Source: a bacterium
GTDB taxonomy: Bacteria; UBA8248
Direction: 5' to 3'
NCBI GenBank assembly: GCA_965207065.1
Contig: OZ242260.1
Location: 2,720,001-2,784,000, forward strand
DNA: 64,000 nt
Positions 26,345-36,564 of the stretch are shown here, piece after piece (position 1 is the stretch's first letter; each line of letters begins with the position of its first letter). Made by a program: the position numbers and the translations under genes. The notes beneath the pieces were generated by a model that made no database searches, was not told where the DNA came from, and worked only from the letters and a program-made list of their open reading frames with translations.

Positions 26345-29212
26345 ATGAGAGAGAAAATGACGACGAACTACAAGGAACTGTTGAACCTGCCCAAGACCTC
26401 TTTTCCCATGAAGGGGAACCTGCCCGTGCGCGAGCCGCAGATGCTCGAGTCCTGGGCGGAGCAGGAGGTTTACGAGAAGATCAGGGACGCATCGCAGGGA
26501 CGCAAGAAATATGTTCTTCACGACGGCCCCCCCTATGCGAACGGGCATATTCACCTGGGCACGGTGCTGAACAAGATTCTGAAGGACGTCGTAGTGAAAT
26601 CGAAGCAGATGGCCGGTTTCGACGCCGTCTACGTGCCGGGATGGGACTGCCACGGCTTGCCCATCGAGCATCAGGTGGACAAGGAGCTCGGCCGCAAGCG
26701 CTTCGAAATCGACGAAGTGCAGAAGCGCAAGATGTGCCGTGAATACGCCGAGAAATACATCGACATCCAAAGGGATGAGTTCAAGCGCCTGGGCGTCTTT
26801 GGGGATTGGGAGCGGCCCTATCTCACCATGAGCTACGACTACGAGGCCGCCACCGTGCGCGAGCTGGCGCGCTTCATCGAGCGCGGCGGCGTGTATCTGG
26901 GCCTAAAGCCTGTGCACTGGGCGCCGGGTCTGAGGACGGCGCTGGCCGAGGCCGAAGTGGAGTATGAGGATATCACCACGCCGAGTATATATGTGAAATT
27001 CCCGGTCGCCGAGGAGCAACTATCGGGCTGGGCGGAAAAGATCGCCGGCTTGGGCGAGGCTGCCGAAGGTTCGCGGGTAAGCGTCCTCATCTGGACGACG
27101 ACGCCCTGGACGCTGCCCGCCAATCTGGCGCTGGCGTTCAGCGAGTCCCTGGAATATGGCGTTTTCCGTCATGGGGAGGAACTCCTCATCTTCCATGAGC
27201 ATTTTCTGCCCCAGCTCAAGGCGTTGGCCGAAAAAGAGGGAGCGAGCGCATCTTTCGAGAAGGTGGCGAGTTTCCAGGGTGGCCAAATCGAGGGCTTGCG
27301 CGCGCGGCATCCCTGGGTGGAGCGCGATTCGCTCGTCGTGAAGGCCGATTACGTTACCCTCGATCAGGGAACGGGCGTCGTGCACACCGCTCCCGGCCAC
27401 GGGCGCGAAGACTACGAAACCGGCCTCAAATACGGCCTCGAAGTCTACAGCCCCATAGCGGATGACGGGAAATTCACCGACGACGTGGCGCATTTCGCAG
27501 GCCAGTTCGTCTTTGACGCCGACCCGAACATCATCGCGCATCTGCGCGAATCGGGACGTCTGTTCGCGGTGGAGGATTACACCCACCCCTATCCGCACGA
27601 CTGGCGAAGCCACAGGCCGACTATCTTCCGCGCGACGCCGCAGTGGTTCATCTCGATGGAGCACGGCGATTTGAGAAAACGCTCGCTCGAAGAGATTCGA
27701 AAAGTCGCCTGGGTGCCGCCCTGGGGCGAGGAGCGCATCTACGGCATGATCGAGAACAGGCCGGACTGGTGCATCTCGCGCCAGCGCTCCTGGGGAGTGC
27801 CCATCGTGGCCTTCCATTGCGAGGGTTGCGCGCACGTGGTCGTGGACGCGCAGGTGGCGCACCGCGTGGCGGACCTGATGGAAGAAGGCGGCGCGGACGT
27901 CTGGTTCGAAAAGAAGCCTGCCGATCTTCTGCCGCCGGGTTTCACCTGTCCTGAATGCGGCGGCGCTTCATTCAGGAAAGAGACCGACATTCTCGACGTC
28001 TGGTTCGATTCGGGCGTGAGCCAGGCGGCCGTTCTGGAGAAAAGAGAGGAACTGACGTGGCCTTCGGACATGTATCTGGAAGGCAGCGATCAGCACCGCG
28101 GCTGGTTCCACAGCTCCCTTCTCGCAGCCGTGGGCGTGCGGGACGCGGCGCCCTACCGCGAGGTGCTCACCCACGGCTACGTGGTGGACGGCAAGGGCAA
28201 GAAGATGAGCAAATCCCTGGGCAATACGATCGCGCCCGAGAAGATCATCAAGAGATATGGCGCCGAGATACTAAGGCTCTGGGTCGCCGGGGAGAATTAC
28301 AGGGAAGACATCCGCATTTCCCCGCAGATTCTGGACCGCATGGCCGAGGCCTACCGCCGGATAAGAAACACCTGCCGCTTCCTGCTGGGCAATCTGAGGG
28401 ACTATGAGAGTTTCGACCCCGCGCAAGACGCTGTTCCGTTGCCCGAACGCATGGAGATCGACAGGCTCATCATCAGCCGCCTGGACAAGCTCGTCGAGCG
28501 CGTCCGGCAGGCCTATGCTGAATATGAATTTCACGCCGTCTACCATGCGCTCAACAACTTCTGCGCGGTCGATTTGTCTTCGTTCTATCTCGATGTGCTG
28601 AAAGACAGGCTCTACATCTCCATGCCCGATGACGTGGACAGGATTTCGGGCGTCAGCACCATGCACGAAATCCTGGATGCGCTGCTCAGGATGATGGCGC
28701 CGATCCTGCCCTTCACGGCGGAAGAGGCCTATCAGCTCACGCCGAAACTCCACGGCGAGAGCATCCATCTGGCGTCCTTGCCCGAGACCGACCCCGCGCG
28801 GCGCGACGAGGCATTGGAAGAGCGGTGGGAGCCGCTCATGCGCGCGCGAGGCGAGGTGCTCAAGGCGCTCGAACTCGTCCGCCAGAATCAGGAAAAGGGC
28901 AAGGGAAGTTCACTCAATTTCAGCGTGAGGCTTTTTACGGAAGAGAAGATGCGCGAGAAGCTCACGGCCCTGGAGCCCGAGATGGGAGACGTGTTTATCG
29001 TATCGGGCGCCGCGCTCGCAGGCGCAGGCGAGGCGCCCTCGGGCGATGCCTACCGCAGCGAGGAGGTAGATGGACTGGCCGTCGAGGTGAGCGAGGCGCG
29101 AGGAGCGAAATGCGCCATGTCGTGGAAAATCTCGGAAGACGTGGGTTCGGACCCCCGCTTTCCCGACCTCTCGGCGCGTTGCGCACGCATCGCCGCGCAG
29201 GTGCTTTCGTGA
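26345..29212 (+). CDS. ileS: Isoleucine--tRNA ligase
   Basis: [29 protein letters not shown]; start may be 26357. Confidence 0.97.
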   Translation: MREKMTTNYKELLNLPKTSFPMKGNLPVREPQMLESWAEQEVYEKIRDASQGRKKYVLHDGPPYANGHIHLGTVLNKILKDVVVKSKQMAGFDAVYVPGWDCHGLPIEHQVDKELGRKRFEIDEVQKRKMCREYAEKYIDIQRDEFKRLGVFGDWERPYLTMSYDYEAATVRELARFIERGGVYLGLKPVHWAPGLRTALAEAEVEYEDITTPSIYVKFPVAEEQLSGWAEKIAGLGEAAEGSRVSVLIWTTTPWTLPANLALAFSESLEYGVFRHGEELLIFHEHFLPQLKALAEKEGASASFEKVASFQGGQIEGLRARHPWVERDSLVVKADYVTLDQGTGVVHTAPGHGREDYETGLKYGLEVYSPIADDGKFTDDVAHFAGQFVFDADPNIIAHLRESGRLFAVEDYTHPYPHDWRSHRPTIFRATPQWFISMEHGDLRKRSLEEIRKVAWVPPWGEERIYGMIENRPDWCISRQRSWGVPIVAFHCEGCAHVVVDAQVAHRVADLMEEGGADVWFEKKPADLLPPGFTCPECGGASFRKETDILDVWFDSGVSQAAVLEKREELTWPSDMYLEGSDQHRGWFHSSLLAAVGVRDAAPYREVLTHGYVVDGKGKKMSKSLGNTIAPEKIIKRYGAEILRLWVAGENYREDIRISPQILDRMAEAYRRIRNTCRFLLGNLRDYESFDPAQDAVPLPERMEIDRLIISRLDKLVERVRQAYAEYEFHAVYHALNNFCAVDLSSFYLDVLKDRLYISMPDDVDRISGVSTMHEILDALLRMMAPILPFTAEEAYQLTPKLHGESIHLASLPETDPARRDEALEERWEPLMRARGEVLKALELVRQNQEKGKGSSLNFSVRLFTEEKMREKLTALEPEMGDVFIVSGAALAGAGEAPSGDAYRSEEVDGLAVEVSEARGAKCAMSWKISEDVGSDPRFPDLSARCARIAAQVLS

Positions 29213-29718
29213 GCCGAAGGCCGGGGCTCAAACCGTTTTTCCTCATCGCCGTTCTTTTCGCCCTCGCCGATCAGGTGATCAAGCAGATCGTCGATAAAAC
29301 CTTCTCCCTCGGCGATTCACTGGCGGTGATCCCGGGTTTTTTCAATCTCGTATACCTGAGAAATTCAGGCGGGGCGTTCAGCATCCTCGACGGCCTGCCT
29401 CCCCTGTGGGGGCGTCTTTTCTTCATCTGCGCCACCCTGGCCGCGTTGGCGTTCGTCTTCTATCTATACCGCTCTCACCCGCCGGGAAATCTCTGGGGAA
29501 GAGTCGGTATGATTCTCGTTTTCGGCGGCGGTCTGGGGAATCTTGTCGACCGGGTCGCCTATGGAGAGGTGATCGATTATCTCCTGTTCTATTATGGGCG
29601 ATACCATTGGCCCGCCTTCAACCTGGCGGACTCAGGGATCACGGTCGGAGTCGGGCTGATGATAGTCGACATGCTTCGGAGTCCGCCCGAGACCGCATCG
29701 ACGGGGGAGAGCGGGTAG
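29209..29718 (+). CDS. lspA: Lipoprotein signal peptidase
   Basis: GTGA overlap with ile[27 protein letters not shown]. Confidence 0.94.
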   Translation: MSRRPGLKPFFLIAVLFALADQVIKQIVDKTFSLGDSLAVIPGFFNLVYLRNSGGAFSILDGLPPLWGRLFFICATLAALAFVFYLYRSHPPGNLWGRVGMILVFGGGLGNLVDRVAYGEVIDYLLFYYGRYHWPAFNLADSGITVGVGLMIVDMLRSPPETASTGESG

Positions 29719-29756
29719 GCGAGGCTTCGCGCGAACCGGTCGATTTTTCTGGAGGG

Positions 29757-30305
29757 GTGGAGATGCTGGGCCCTTTCCCGTTCTCGGGGACGCATTCGAG
29801 CCGGAACAATCCCTCCATAGGCTCGGCGACCAGGGCGCGCGGCTATGCGCGCCATTATTTATGGAACACCTCTATTTTCTGGGGACTGGTTTCCCTGGCG
29901 TGTATTTCGTGCCTGGGATTCCTGATCGCGCAGCGCCCCATTCAACAAGAGACGCTCTTCTACGCCGCCGCATCCGTTCTGGGTGTTTTTCTCGCCTATG
30001 CGTTCTGGAGAACCTCGCGCGCGCTCACGGACCTGATGGGTGATCCCGTGAGTTTCGAGGGCCGGGTGGCGTCCAAATCGTCCTATATCTTCTGGAACAA
30101 GCTCGCTTTTCTGGAGGAGAAGTATCACCTCCGAATCGTTCGCGGGGTGGGGATGCGCCCGCTGACGCTCGGGAGCGGGAAAATCATCAAGGAAGGCTGG
30201 TTTCTGGCCGCGCAGGGCTACCACGAACTCCTGGCGCCGGGCGATCAGGTCCGGGGGACGCTGTATCCCAGAAGCCGCATCATCGCCGCCCTCGTCAAGG
30301 TGTGA
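29757..30305 (+). CDS. Hypothetical membrane protein (two TM helices plus a small beta-rich domain)
   Basis: GTG/ATG after GGAGGG; two hydrophobic stretches; fills the lspA-rluD gap. Confidence 0.6.
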   Translation: MEMLGPFPFSGTHSSRNNPSIGSATRARGYARHYLWNTSIFWGLVSLACISCLGFLIAQRPIQQETLFYAAASVLGVFLAYAFWRTSRALTDLMGDPVSFEGRVASKSSYIFWNKLAFLEEKYHLRIVRGVGMRPLTLGSGKIIKEGWFLAAQGYHELLAPGDQVRGTLYPRSRIIAALVKV

Positions 30306-30307
30306 GT

Positions 30308-31267
30308 ATGGCAAAGAGGGGCGAGAGAACCTGGGCGCTGACCTGCCATGAGGGTGCGAAGCGGGTCGATTCGTTCCTGGCCCTTAGACTGAAAGAACTC
30401 TCCCGCTCGCGCGTGCAGGGACTCATCCGGGACGGCATGGTCTCAGTCGACGGGAGAATCGAGACGAAAGCGGCGCATGCCCTCCCGGGCGGCGCACGCG
30501 TCGTGGTGACGCTCCCGCCTCCCGTGCCCTCTCACATCGAGGCCGAAGATATTGCGCTCGACGTTCGCTACGAGGACGCGCACCTTCTCGTGGTCAACAA
30601 GCCGCCCGGCATGGTGGTTCACCCCGGCGCGGGCCAGCGCAGGGGAACCCTGGCCGCCGCTCTTTTGCATCACTGCAGAGGGCAGCTTTCGGGCATCGGC
30701 GGGGTGGAGAGGCCCGGCATCGTTCACCGGCTCGACAAGGATACGTCCGGCCTGCTGATAGCGGCGAAAACGGATGCGGCCCACGGAAGACTCTCCGCCG
30801 ACCTCAAGGCGCGCCGGATTCACCGGCGCTACCTGGCCATCGTCCGGGGCATTCCCGCGCAGGGGGAAGGGACGATAGACGCCCCCATAGGCCGCCATCC
30901 CACACACAGAACGGCCATGGCGGTTGTGGAAAGCGGCCGCCGGGCGGTGACCCATTACAAGGTCCGGGAAGTGCTGGGAGACGAATCGCTTTTGGGTATT
31001 ACGCTCGAGACGGGCAGAACGCACCAGATCAGGGTGCACATGAGCCACATCGGGCATCCCGTCCTGGGCGATCCGGTGTACGGCCTGGGCCGGTTGCCGA
31101 GAGGCCCTCGCAAGAAAATAAAATCGAATCAAAAAAGCCTCATCGGGAGACAGGCCCTCCATTCCCACAGGCTGGCTTTTCGCCACCCCACCGACGGGGA
31201 TGAGCGGGAGTTGATGGCCGAACCCCCGGCGGATTTCCTGAAACTGCTGGAAGATTTACGGGGGTAG
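30308..31267 (+). CDS. rluD: RluA/RluD family pseudouridine synthase
   Basis: S4 domain, NKPPGMVVHP, HRLDKDTSG, GRTHQIRVH. Confidence 0.9.
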   Translation: MAKRGERTWALTCHEGAKRVDSFLALRLKELSRSRVQGLIRDGMVSVDGRIETKAAHALPGGARVVVTLPPPVPSHIEAEDIALDVRYEDAHLLVVNKPPGMVVHPGAGQRRGTLAAALLHHCRGQLSGIGGVERPGIVHRLDKDTSGLLIAAKTDAAHGRLSADLKARRIHRRYLAIVRGIPAQGEGTIDAPIGRHPTHRTAMAVVESGRRAVTHYKVREVLGDESLLGITLETGRTHQIRVHMSHIGHPVLGDPVYGLGRLPRGPRKKIKSNQKSLIGRQALHSHRLAFRHPTDGDERELMAEPPADFLKLLEDLRG

Positions 31268-31474
31268 CGCTTTCTCATTTAGCGGTTCGTGTACAGGCCG
31301 CCCGAGTCGTGCAGCGGGCTCATTTCGTCTCATTCCTTGCCTACCGCGTTCGAGATATGCCATAAGAACCCCTGACGCAAGGAAATAGCATTTCTGATAT
31401 TTCAGTTCTTCACCCTGTGTTAGAGGTGCTTTAGAGGCGGAGAACTCACATCTCTTTGAAAATTGAGGGTTTAC

Positions 31475-32659
31475 ATGAAAGATGTCGTCATTCTCAGCAG
31501 CGTTCGTTCTCCGGGCGGGGCCTTCGGCGGCGCGCTCAAGGGCATGACCGCACCGGAGTTGGGCGTACACATCGCGCAAGAGGCGGTTCAAAGATCGGGC
31601 GTGGAGCCGGAACATTTCGACGAAACCATCATCGGCCACGGCTGGCAGGCGGGCGTGGGGCCCAATTCCGCGCGGCTCATCTCGGTGAGCGCGGGGCTTC
31701 CCAAGGAGACGCCCGCCTATACGATCAACAAGCGCTGTGGCTCCAGCATCAAGGCCGCCGCCCTGGCCGCACAGGCGATTCGCGCGGGCGATGCGGAGGT
31801 CGTCCTCGCAGGCGGCGTGGAGAGCACCTCCAACGTGCCTTTCGTGAACCCGGGAGCGCGGTGGGGGAACCGCTTCGGGCACGCGCAGTTTCTGGACCTG
31901 ATCTACAAGGACGGCTATGAGGATCCCCTTTCGGGACAGCTCATGGGCGTGACGGCGGAGAATCTGGTGGAAAAATACAACCTGAGCCGCGAGGAGCAGG
32001 ATGCGTACGCGCTCGAGAGCCAGGAGAAGGCCGTGGCGGCTATCGAGGGCGGGAAGTTCACCGGGGAGATCGTGCCGGTCGAAATGAAGGGGCGCAAAGG
32101 CGAGGTGAACGTTTTCGATAAGGACGAGACGCCGCGCAGCGGCATGTCGATGGAAAAACTAGGCCGCCTCAGGCCTGTTTTCGACAAGAACGGCTCCGTG
32201 ACCCCCGGCAATTCGTGCTGCCAGGCGGATGCGGCCTCCGCCCTCGTGCTGGCGTCCAGGGATAAGGCCGAAGAGTTGGGCGCAAAGCCCATCGCCGTCC
32301 TGCGCGGCTACGCCTCGACGGGCGTGGAGCCCCGCTACATGGGGCTGGGCCCGGTCACGGCCATTCCGAAGGCGCTCGATCGTGCGGGTCTCGCGCTTGA
32401 GGACATGGACATGATAGAGGTGAACGAGGCGTTCGCCGCCCAGGTTATCGCCTGTGAGCGCGAACTCGAGTGGGACAGGAAAAAACTGAACGTTCACGGC
32501 GGCGCCATCGCCCTCGGGCATCCGGTGGGCGCCACGGGCGGAAAAATTATCGCCACCTGCCTGAGCGCGCTCGAGCAAAGGGGCGGGCAGTTCGGCGTGG
32601 TGAGCGCCTGTATCGGCGGGGGCCAGGGGGTGGCCGTCGTCCTGGAGCGCGTCGCTTAG
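31475..32659 (+). CDS. Acetyl-CoA C-acyltransferase (thiolase)
   Basis: INKRCGSS, NEAFA, GHPVGATG, CIGGGQG. Confidence 0.93.
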   Translation: MKDVVILSSVRSPGGAFGGALKGMTAPELGVHIAQEAVQRSGVEPEHFDETIIGHGWQAGVGPNSARLISVSAGLPKETPAYTINKRCGSSIKAAALAAQAIRAGDAEVVLAGGVESTSNVPFVNPGARWGNRFGHAQFLDLIYKDGYEDPLSGQLMGVTAENLVEKYNLSREEQDAYALESQEKAVAAIEGGKFTGEIVPVEMKGRKGEVNVFDKDETPRSGMSMEKLGRLRPVFDKNGSVTPGNSCCQADAASALVLASRDKAEELGAKPIAVLRGYASTGVEPRYMGLGPVTAIPKALDRAGLALEDMDMIEVNEAFAAQVIACERELEWDRKKLNVHGGAIALGHPVGATGGKIIATCLSALEQRGGQFGVVSACIGGGQGVAVVLERVA

Positions 32660-32698
32660 AAGAGACAATCGTGAAGTTCAGTAAAACCTGAGGATGAG

Positions 32699-33553
32699 AT
32701 GGGAATCGAAAAGGCAATGGTGGTGGGCGCGGGTACGATGGGCGCAGGCATCGCCCAGGTGTTCGCGCAAAACGGGATTCCGGTGGTCCTGACCGACCTG
32801 AATGAAGAGATGGTGGCGAAGGCCATCGGGGGTCTTGAGGCGCGCGTCGCGCGTCGCGTGGAGCAGGGAAAGATGTCTGCTGAGGCGAAAGACGCCATTT
32901 TCTCGCGCATCACGCCGGGAACGGGCTACGCGAAGGCGACGGATGCGGACATCGTCGTCGAAGCCGTTTTCGAGGACATGGATATCAAGAAAGAAGTGCT
33001 GGGCGCTCTGGATGAGGCGGCGCCGGAGCGCGCAATTTTTGCATCGAATACGACCTCGCTCTCCATCACCGAGATGGCGGCGGCCACTTCGAGGCCCGAG
33101 AAGGTGGTGGGCGTGCACTTCTTCAATCCGCCGCTGGTGATGAAGCTCGTGGAGATCATGCCGGGTCTCGGCACCTCGAAAGAGACGGTGGAGGCGGCGC
33201 GCACACTCGCCGAGCGGCTCGGCAAGACGCCCGTGATGGCGAATTTCGACAGCCCGGCGGGCATCGGCAGCCGCGTGCTGGCGGGGATGCTCAACGAGGC
33301 GGTGGAAGTCTATGCGGGCGGTCTCGCTTCCGCCGAGGACATCGACAAGGCGATGAAGATGGGCGCAGGACTGCCCATGGGACCTTTGGAGCTCATCGAC
33401 CTGATCGGCGTGGACATTCACCTCGCCAAGACGGAGACGCTCTACCGCGAGCTGGGCGATACGCGCTACCGGCCCAACTTCCTGTTGCGCAAGATGGTCC
33501 GGGCGGGCCATCTGGGCCGAAAGTCCGGCCGCGGCTTCTTCACCTACGATTAA
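32699..33553 (+). CDS. 3-hydroxyacyl-CoA dehydrogenase (Hbd-like)
   Basis: GAGTMGAGIA, ASNTTS, HFFNP, PMGP, GRKSGRGF. Confidence 0.92.
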   Translation: MGIEKAMVVGAGTMGAGIAQVFAQNGIPVVLTDLNEEMVAKAIGGLEARVARRVEQGKMSAEAKDAIFSRITPGTGYAKATDADIVVEAVFEDMDIKKEVLGALDEAAPERAIFASNTTSLSITEMAAATSRPEKVVGVHFFNPPLVMKLVEIMPGLGTSKETVEAARTLAERLGKTPVMANFDSPAGIGSRVLAGMLNEAVEVYAGGLASAEDIDKAMKMGAGLPMGPLELIDLIGVDIHLAKTETLYRELGDTRYRPNFLLRKMVRAGHLGRKSGRGFFTYD

Positions 33554-33574
33554 GCCTCACATCCTGAGAAAACA

Positions 33575-34726
33575 GTGGATTTTGAACTCAACGAAACCCA
33601 GCGTCTGATCAAGGAAACGGCGGCGGAGTTCGCCCAGCGGCGAATCATCCCCGTGGCCCGTGAGAACGACGAGAAAGAACGTTATCCGGCGGATATCGTC
33701 GCCGAGATGGGCGAGTTGGGCATGTTCGGCGGACCGATTCCGGAGGAATACGGCGGGGCGGGTCTCGACTATATCTCCTACGCCATCATGAACGAGGAGA
33801 TCAGCAAGGCGTGCAGTTCGGTGCGTACCGTCTTGTCGGTGCAGCTCTCTCTCGTCGCCACCACGATCCTGAAGTGGGGCAGCGAGGCGCAGAAGAAGAA
33901 GTATCTGCCCAGACTCTGCGCGGCGGAATGGATCGGGTGTTTCGGCCTCACGGAGCCGGACGTGGGCTCCGATGCCCAGCACCTGAAGACTTTTGCGCAG
34001 AAAACCTCGAGTGGCTGGAAGCTGAACGGCCAGAAGATCTGGATCAGCAACGGCGGGGTCGCGCAACTGGCGCTCGTGATCGCGCAGACCGATCGCGAGA
34101 ATCCCCGAAAGATGGCGGCGTTTCTGGTGGAAACCGACCTGCCCGGTTTCGAGGCCAGGACGATGCACGGGAAGCTGGGGCTCAGGAGTTCGAATACCGC
34201 CGAGCTTTTTCTGGCGAACGTGGAAGTGCCCGATGACGCATTGATGGGGGAAGTGGGCGATGGCTTCAAGGTCGCGATGAGCGCGCTCGACAACGGGCGC
34301 TATTCGGTGGGCGCGGGATGTCTGGGAATCGCGCAGGGTTCTCTCGAGGCGTCGGTCGCTTACGCGAAAGAGCGCCGCACGTTCGGGAAGCCCATCGCCG
34401 CGCACCAGCTCGTACAGGACATGATCGCCCGCATGGTGGTCGACATCGACGCGAGCAGGCTCCTGCTCTACCGGGCGGGGGAGCTCAAGAACGCAGGCAA
34501 GCCGAATACGCGCGAGACCTCCATCGCCAAATATTATTGCAGCGAAGCGGCCCTGCGCTGCGCGAACGATGCGATACAGATTCACGGCGGCATGGGCTAC
34601 AGCAACGAGTATCCCGTGGAGCGCTACATGCGCGACGCCCGCGTGGCGACCATTTACGAGGGAACCAGCCAGATCCAGAAGCTCATCATCGCAGGCTTTG
34701 AAACCGGAATCCGCGCGTTCGCGTGA
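33575..34726 (+). CDS. Acyl-CoA dehydrogenase
   Basis: LTEPDVGSD, KIWISNG, IHGGMGY, IYEGTSQIQ. Confidence 0.94.
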   Translation: MDFELNETQRLIKETAAEFAQRRIIPVARENDEKERYPADIVAEMGELGMFGGPIPEEYGGAGLDYISYAIMNEEISKACSSVRTVLSVQLSLVATTILKWGSEAQKKKYLPRLCAAEWIGCFGLTEPDVGSDAQHLKTFAQKTSSGWKLNGQKIWISNGGVAQLALVIAQTDRENPRKMAAFLVETDLPGFEARTMHGKLGLRSSNTAELFLANVEVPDDALMGEVGDGFKVAMSALDNGRYSVGAGCLGIAQGSLEASVAYAKERRTFGKPIAAHQLVQDMIARMVVDIDASRLLLYRAGELKNAGKPNTRETSIAKYYCSEAALRCANDAIQIHGGMGYSNEYPVERYMRDARVATIYEGTSQIQKLIIAGFETGIRAFA

Positions 34727-34890
34727 GCGAATAATATCGCAAGTCTTTGAATTTCTGCTATTTGAATGTTGTCAGGCACCCGGTCATCGGTTGTTCTCGG
34801 AATCATGATGCAAGAAACCTCTTGAAATTCGCTTCGATACGCGGTAAGGCTCAAGAAGGGCAGTGATATCAGCCGCTACGTGAGGTTGTC

Positions 34891-36000
34891 ATGACGAATC
34901 CCGAGCAGGAACTGCACAGAACCTCCCTGTATGAAACCCACAAGGCCGCAGGCGCCAAGATGGTGCCCTTCGCAGGCTATGAGATGCCCGTCCAGTACAC
35001 GGGCGTCATCGAGGAGCACCGTGCGGTGCGGGAAGCGGCCGGTCTGTTCGACGTAAGCCACATGGGCGAATTCGAGGCGCGCGGGAAAGAAGCGGGCGCT
35101 TTCGTCCACAAGTTGGTGACGAACAACGTCCGCAAGCTCGAGGTGGGCGGCGTCCTGTATGCGGCCATGTGCAGGGAGGAAGGCGGGATCGTGGACGACC
35201 TCACGGTCTACCGGCTTGGTGAGGAGCGCTACATGGCCGTTGTGAACGCGGCGAACATCGAGAAGGACTGGGAGTGGATGGCTTCCCATCACGCAGAGGA
35301 CTGCGCGTTCGAAAACGTGAGCGACCGGATTGGCCTCCTCGCTCTGCAGGGTCCCAAGGCGGAATCCATTTTAGGGAAACTGATTCCGGGCGGCGGAGAC
35401 CTCGCCGGCATCCCCTATTACGGAGCGCGGTACAAGGACGTGGCGGGGTGCGAGGTACTGGTCTCCCGCACGGGCTACACGGGCGAGGACGGTTTTGAAC
35501 TCTATTGCAAATCGGCCGATTCGCCGGTGCTATGGGATGCGCTGATGAGCGAGGGCGGGAGCGAGGGTCTCAAGCCCTGTGGCCTGGGCGCGCGGGATAC
35601 CTTGCGCACCGAGATGAAATTCGCCCTCTACGGAAACGACATCGACGAGTCCACCCATCCGCTCGAAGCGGGTCTCGGCTGGGTGGTGAGGTACAAGGCG
35701 GGGGATTTCATCGGCCGCGAGAAACTGCTGGCCCTCAAGGCCGAGGGCGTGAAGCGAAAACTGGTTGGATTCGAGATGGTGGATCGTGGTATTCCTCGTC
35801 ATGGAGCGCCCATCCTGATCGACGGCGATGTGGCCGGAGAAGTGACGAGCGGCACGATGAGTCCCTCTCTTGGCAAAGCCATCGGGATAGGCTACGTTCC
35901 TGCCTCGAATGCGGAGGAGGGCGCCGCTCTCGAAATCGACATCCGCGGCAAAGCGAGGCGGGCGCAGATTGTGAAGACGCCATTTTACAAGAAGAGCTAG
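34891..36000 (+). CDS. gcvT: Glycine cleavage system T protein
   Basis: FDVSHMGE, SRTGYTGEDGFE, GARDTLR. Confidence 0.96.
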   Translation: MTNPEQELHRTSLYETHKAAGAKMVPFAGYEMPVQYTGVIEEHRAVREAAGLFDVSHMGEFEARGKEAGAFVHKLVTNNVRKLEVGGVLYAAMCREEGGIVDDLTVYRLGEERYMAVVNAANIEKDWEWMASHHAEDCAFENVSDRIGLLALQGPKAESILGKLIPGGGDLAGIPYYGARYKDVAGCEVLVSRTGYTGEDGFELYCKSADSPVLWDALMSEGGSEGLKPCGLGARDTLRTEMKFALYGNDIDESTHPLEAGLGWVVRYKAGDFIGREKLLALKAEGVKRKLVGFEMVDRGIPRHGAPILIDGDVAGEVTSGTMSPSLGKAIGIGYVPASNAEEGAALEIDIRGKARRAQIVKTPFYKKS

Positions 36001-36071
36001 CGGAATGATTTCCGTTTTTTAACAACGAATCATAATCAACCGCCGTTATTAAAAGGGAGGCATTCAGGAGC

Positions 36072-36461
36072 ATGGAACTACCGAGCGGCCTCAAATATTC
36101 CAGAGAGCACGAGTGGGTGAGAGTAGAGGGAAACATCGCGGTGATTGGGATTACGGACTTCGCCCAATCCGAACTGGGAGACGTGGTCTACGTCGAATTG
36201 CCCGAAGTCGGCGCCGAGGTGGAGGCGAACAACACTTTCGGCGTCGTGGAGAGCGTTAAGGCGGTGTCGGACCTTTTCGCCCCGGTTTCGGGCGTAGTCG
36301 TCGAGGCGAACACAACGCTGGAGGATCAGCCCGAACTCGTGAACTCCGAGCCGTATGAAGACGGCTGGATGATTCGAGTGGAGATGAAAGACGATTCGGA
36401 GTTGAGCGATCTCCTGGAAGCCGATTCGTACCGGGCGTACACCGAGGAGGAAAGCGGTTAG
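36072..36461 (+). CDS. gcvH: Glycine cleavage system H protein
   Basis: [20 protein letters not shown] lipoyl site. Confidence 0.96.
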   Translation: MELPSGLKYSREHEWVRVEGNIAVIGITDFAQSELGDVVYVELPEVGAEVEANNTFGVVESVKAVSDLFAPVSGVVVEANTTLEDQPELVNSEPYEDGWMIRVEMKDDSELSDLLEADSYRAYTEEESG

Positions 36462-36564
36462 CCTGATCCGGTTCTCTCCCTCACGCCGGCAGGGGTTTTC
36501 TAACGTGAGCCGGAGCGGAAATGACGTGTCCGCCTGAATCCCCATAACCTGAAGGGTCGCATTC

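Noticed and set aside
34727-34890. Glycine riboswitch upstream of gcvT
   Set aside because: No GGAGA...CCGAAG...CTCTCAGG aptamer signature found by eye here or between gcvH and gcvP.
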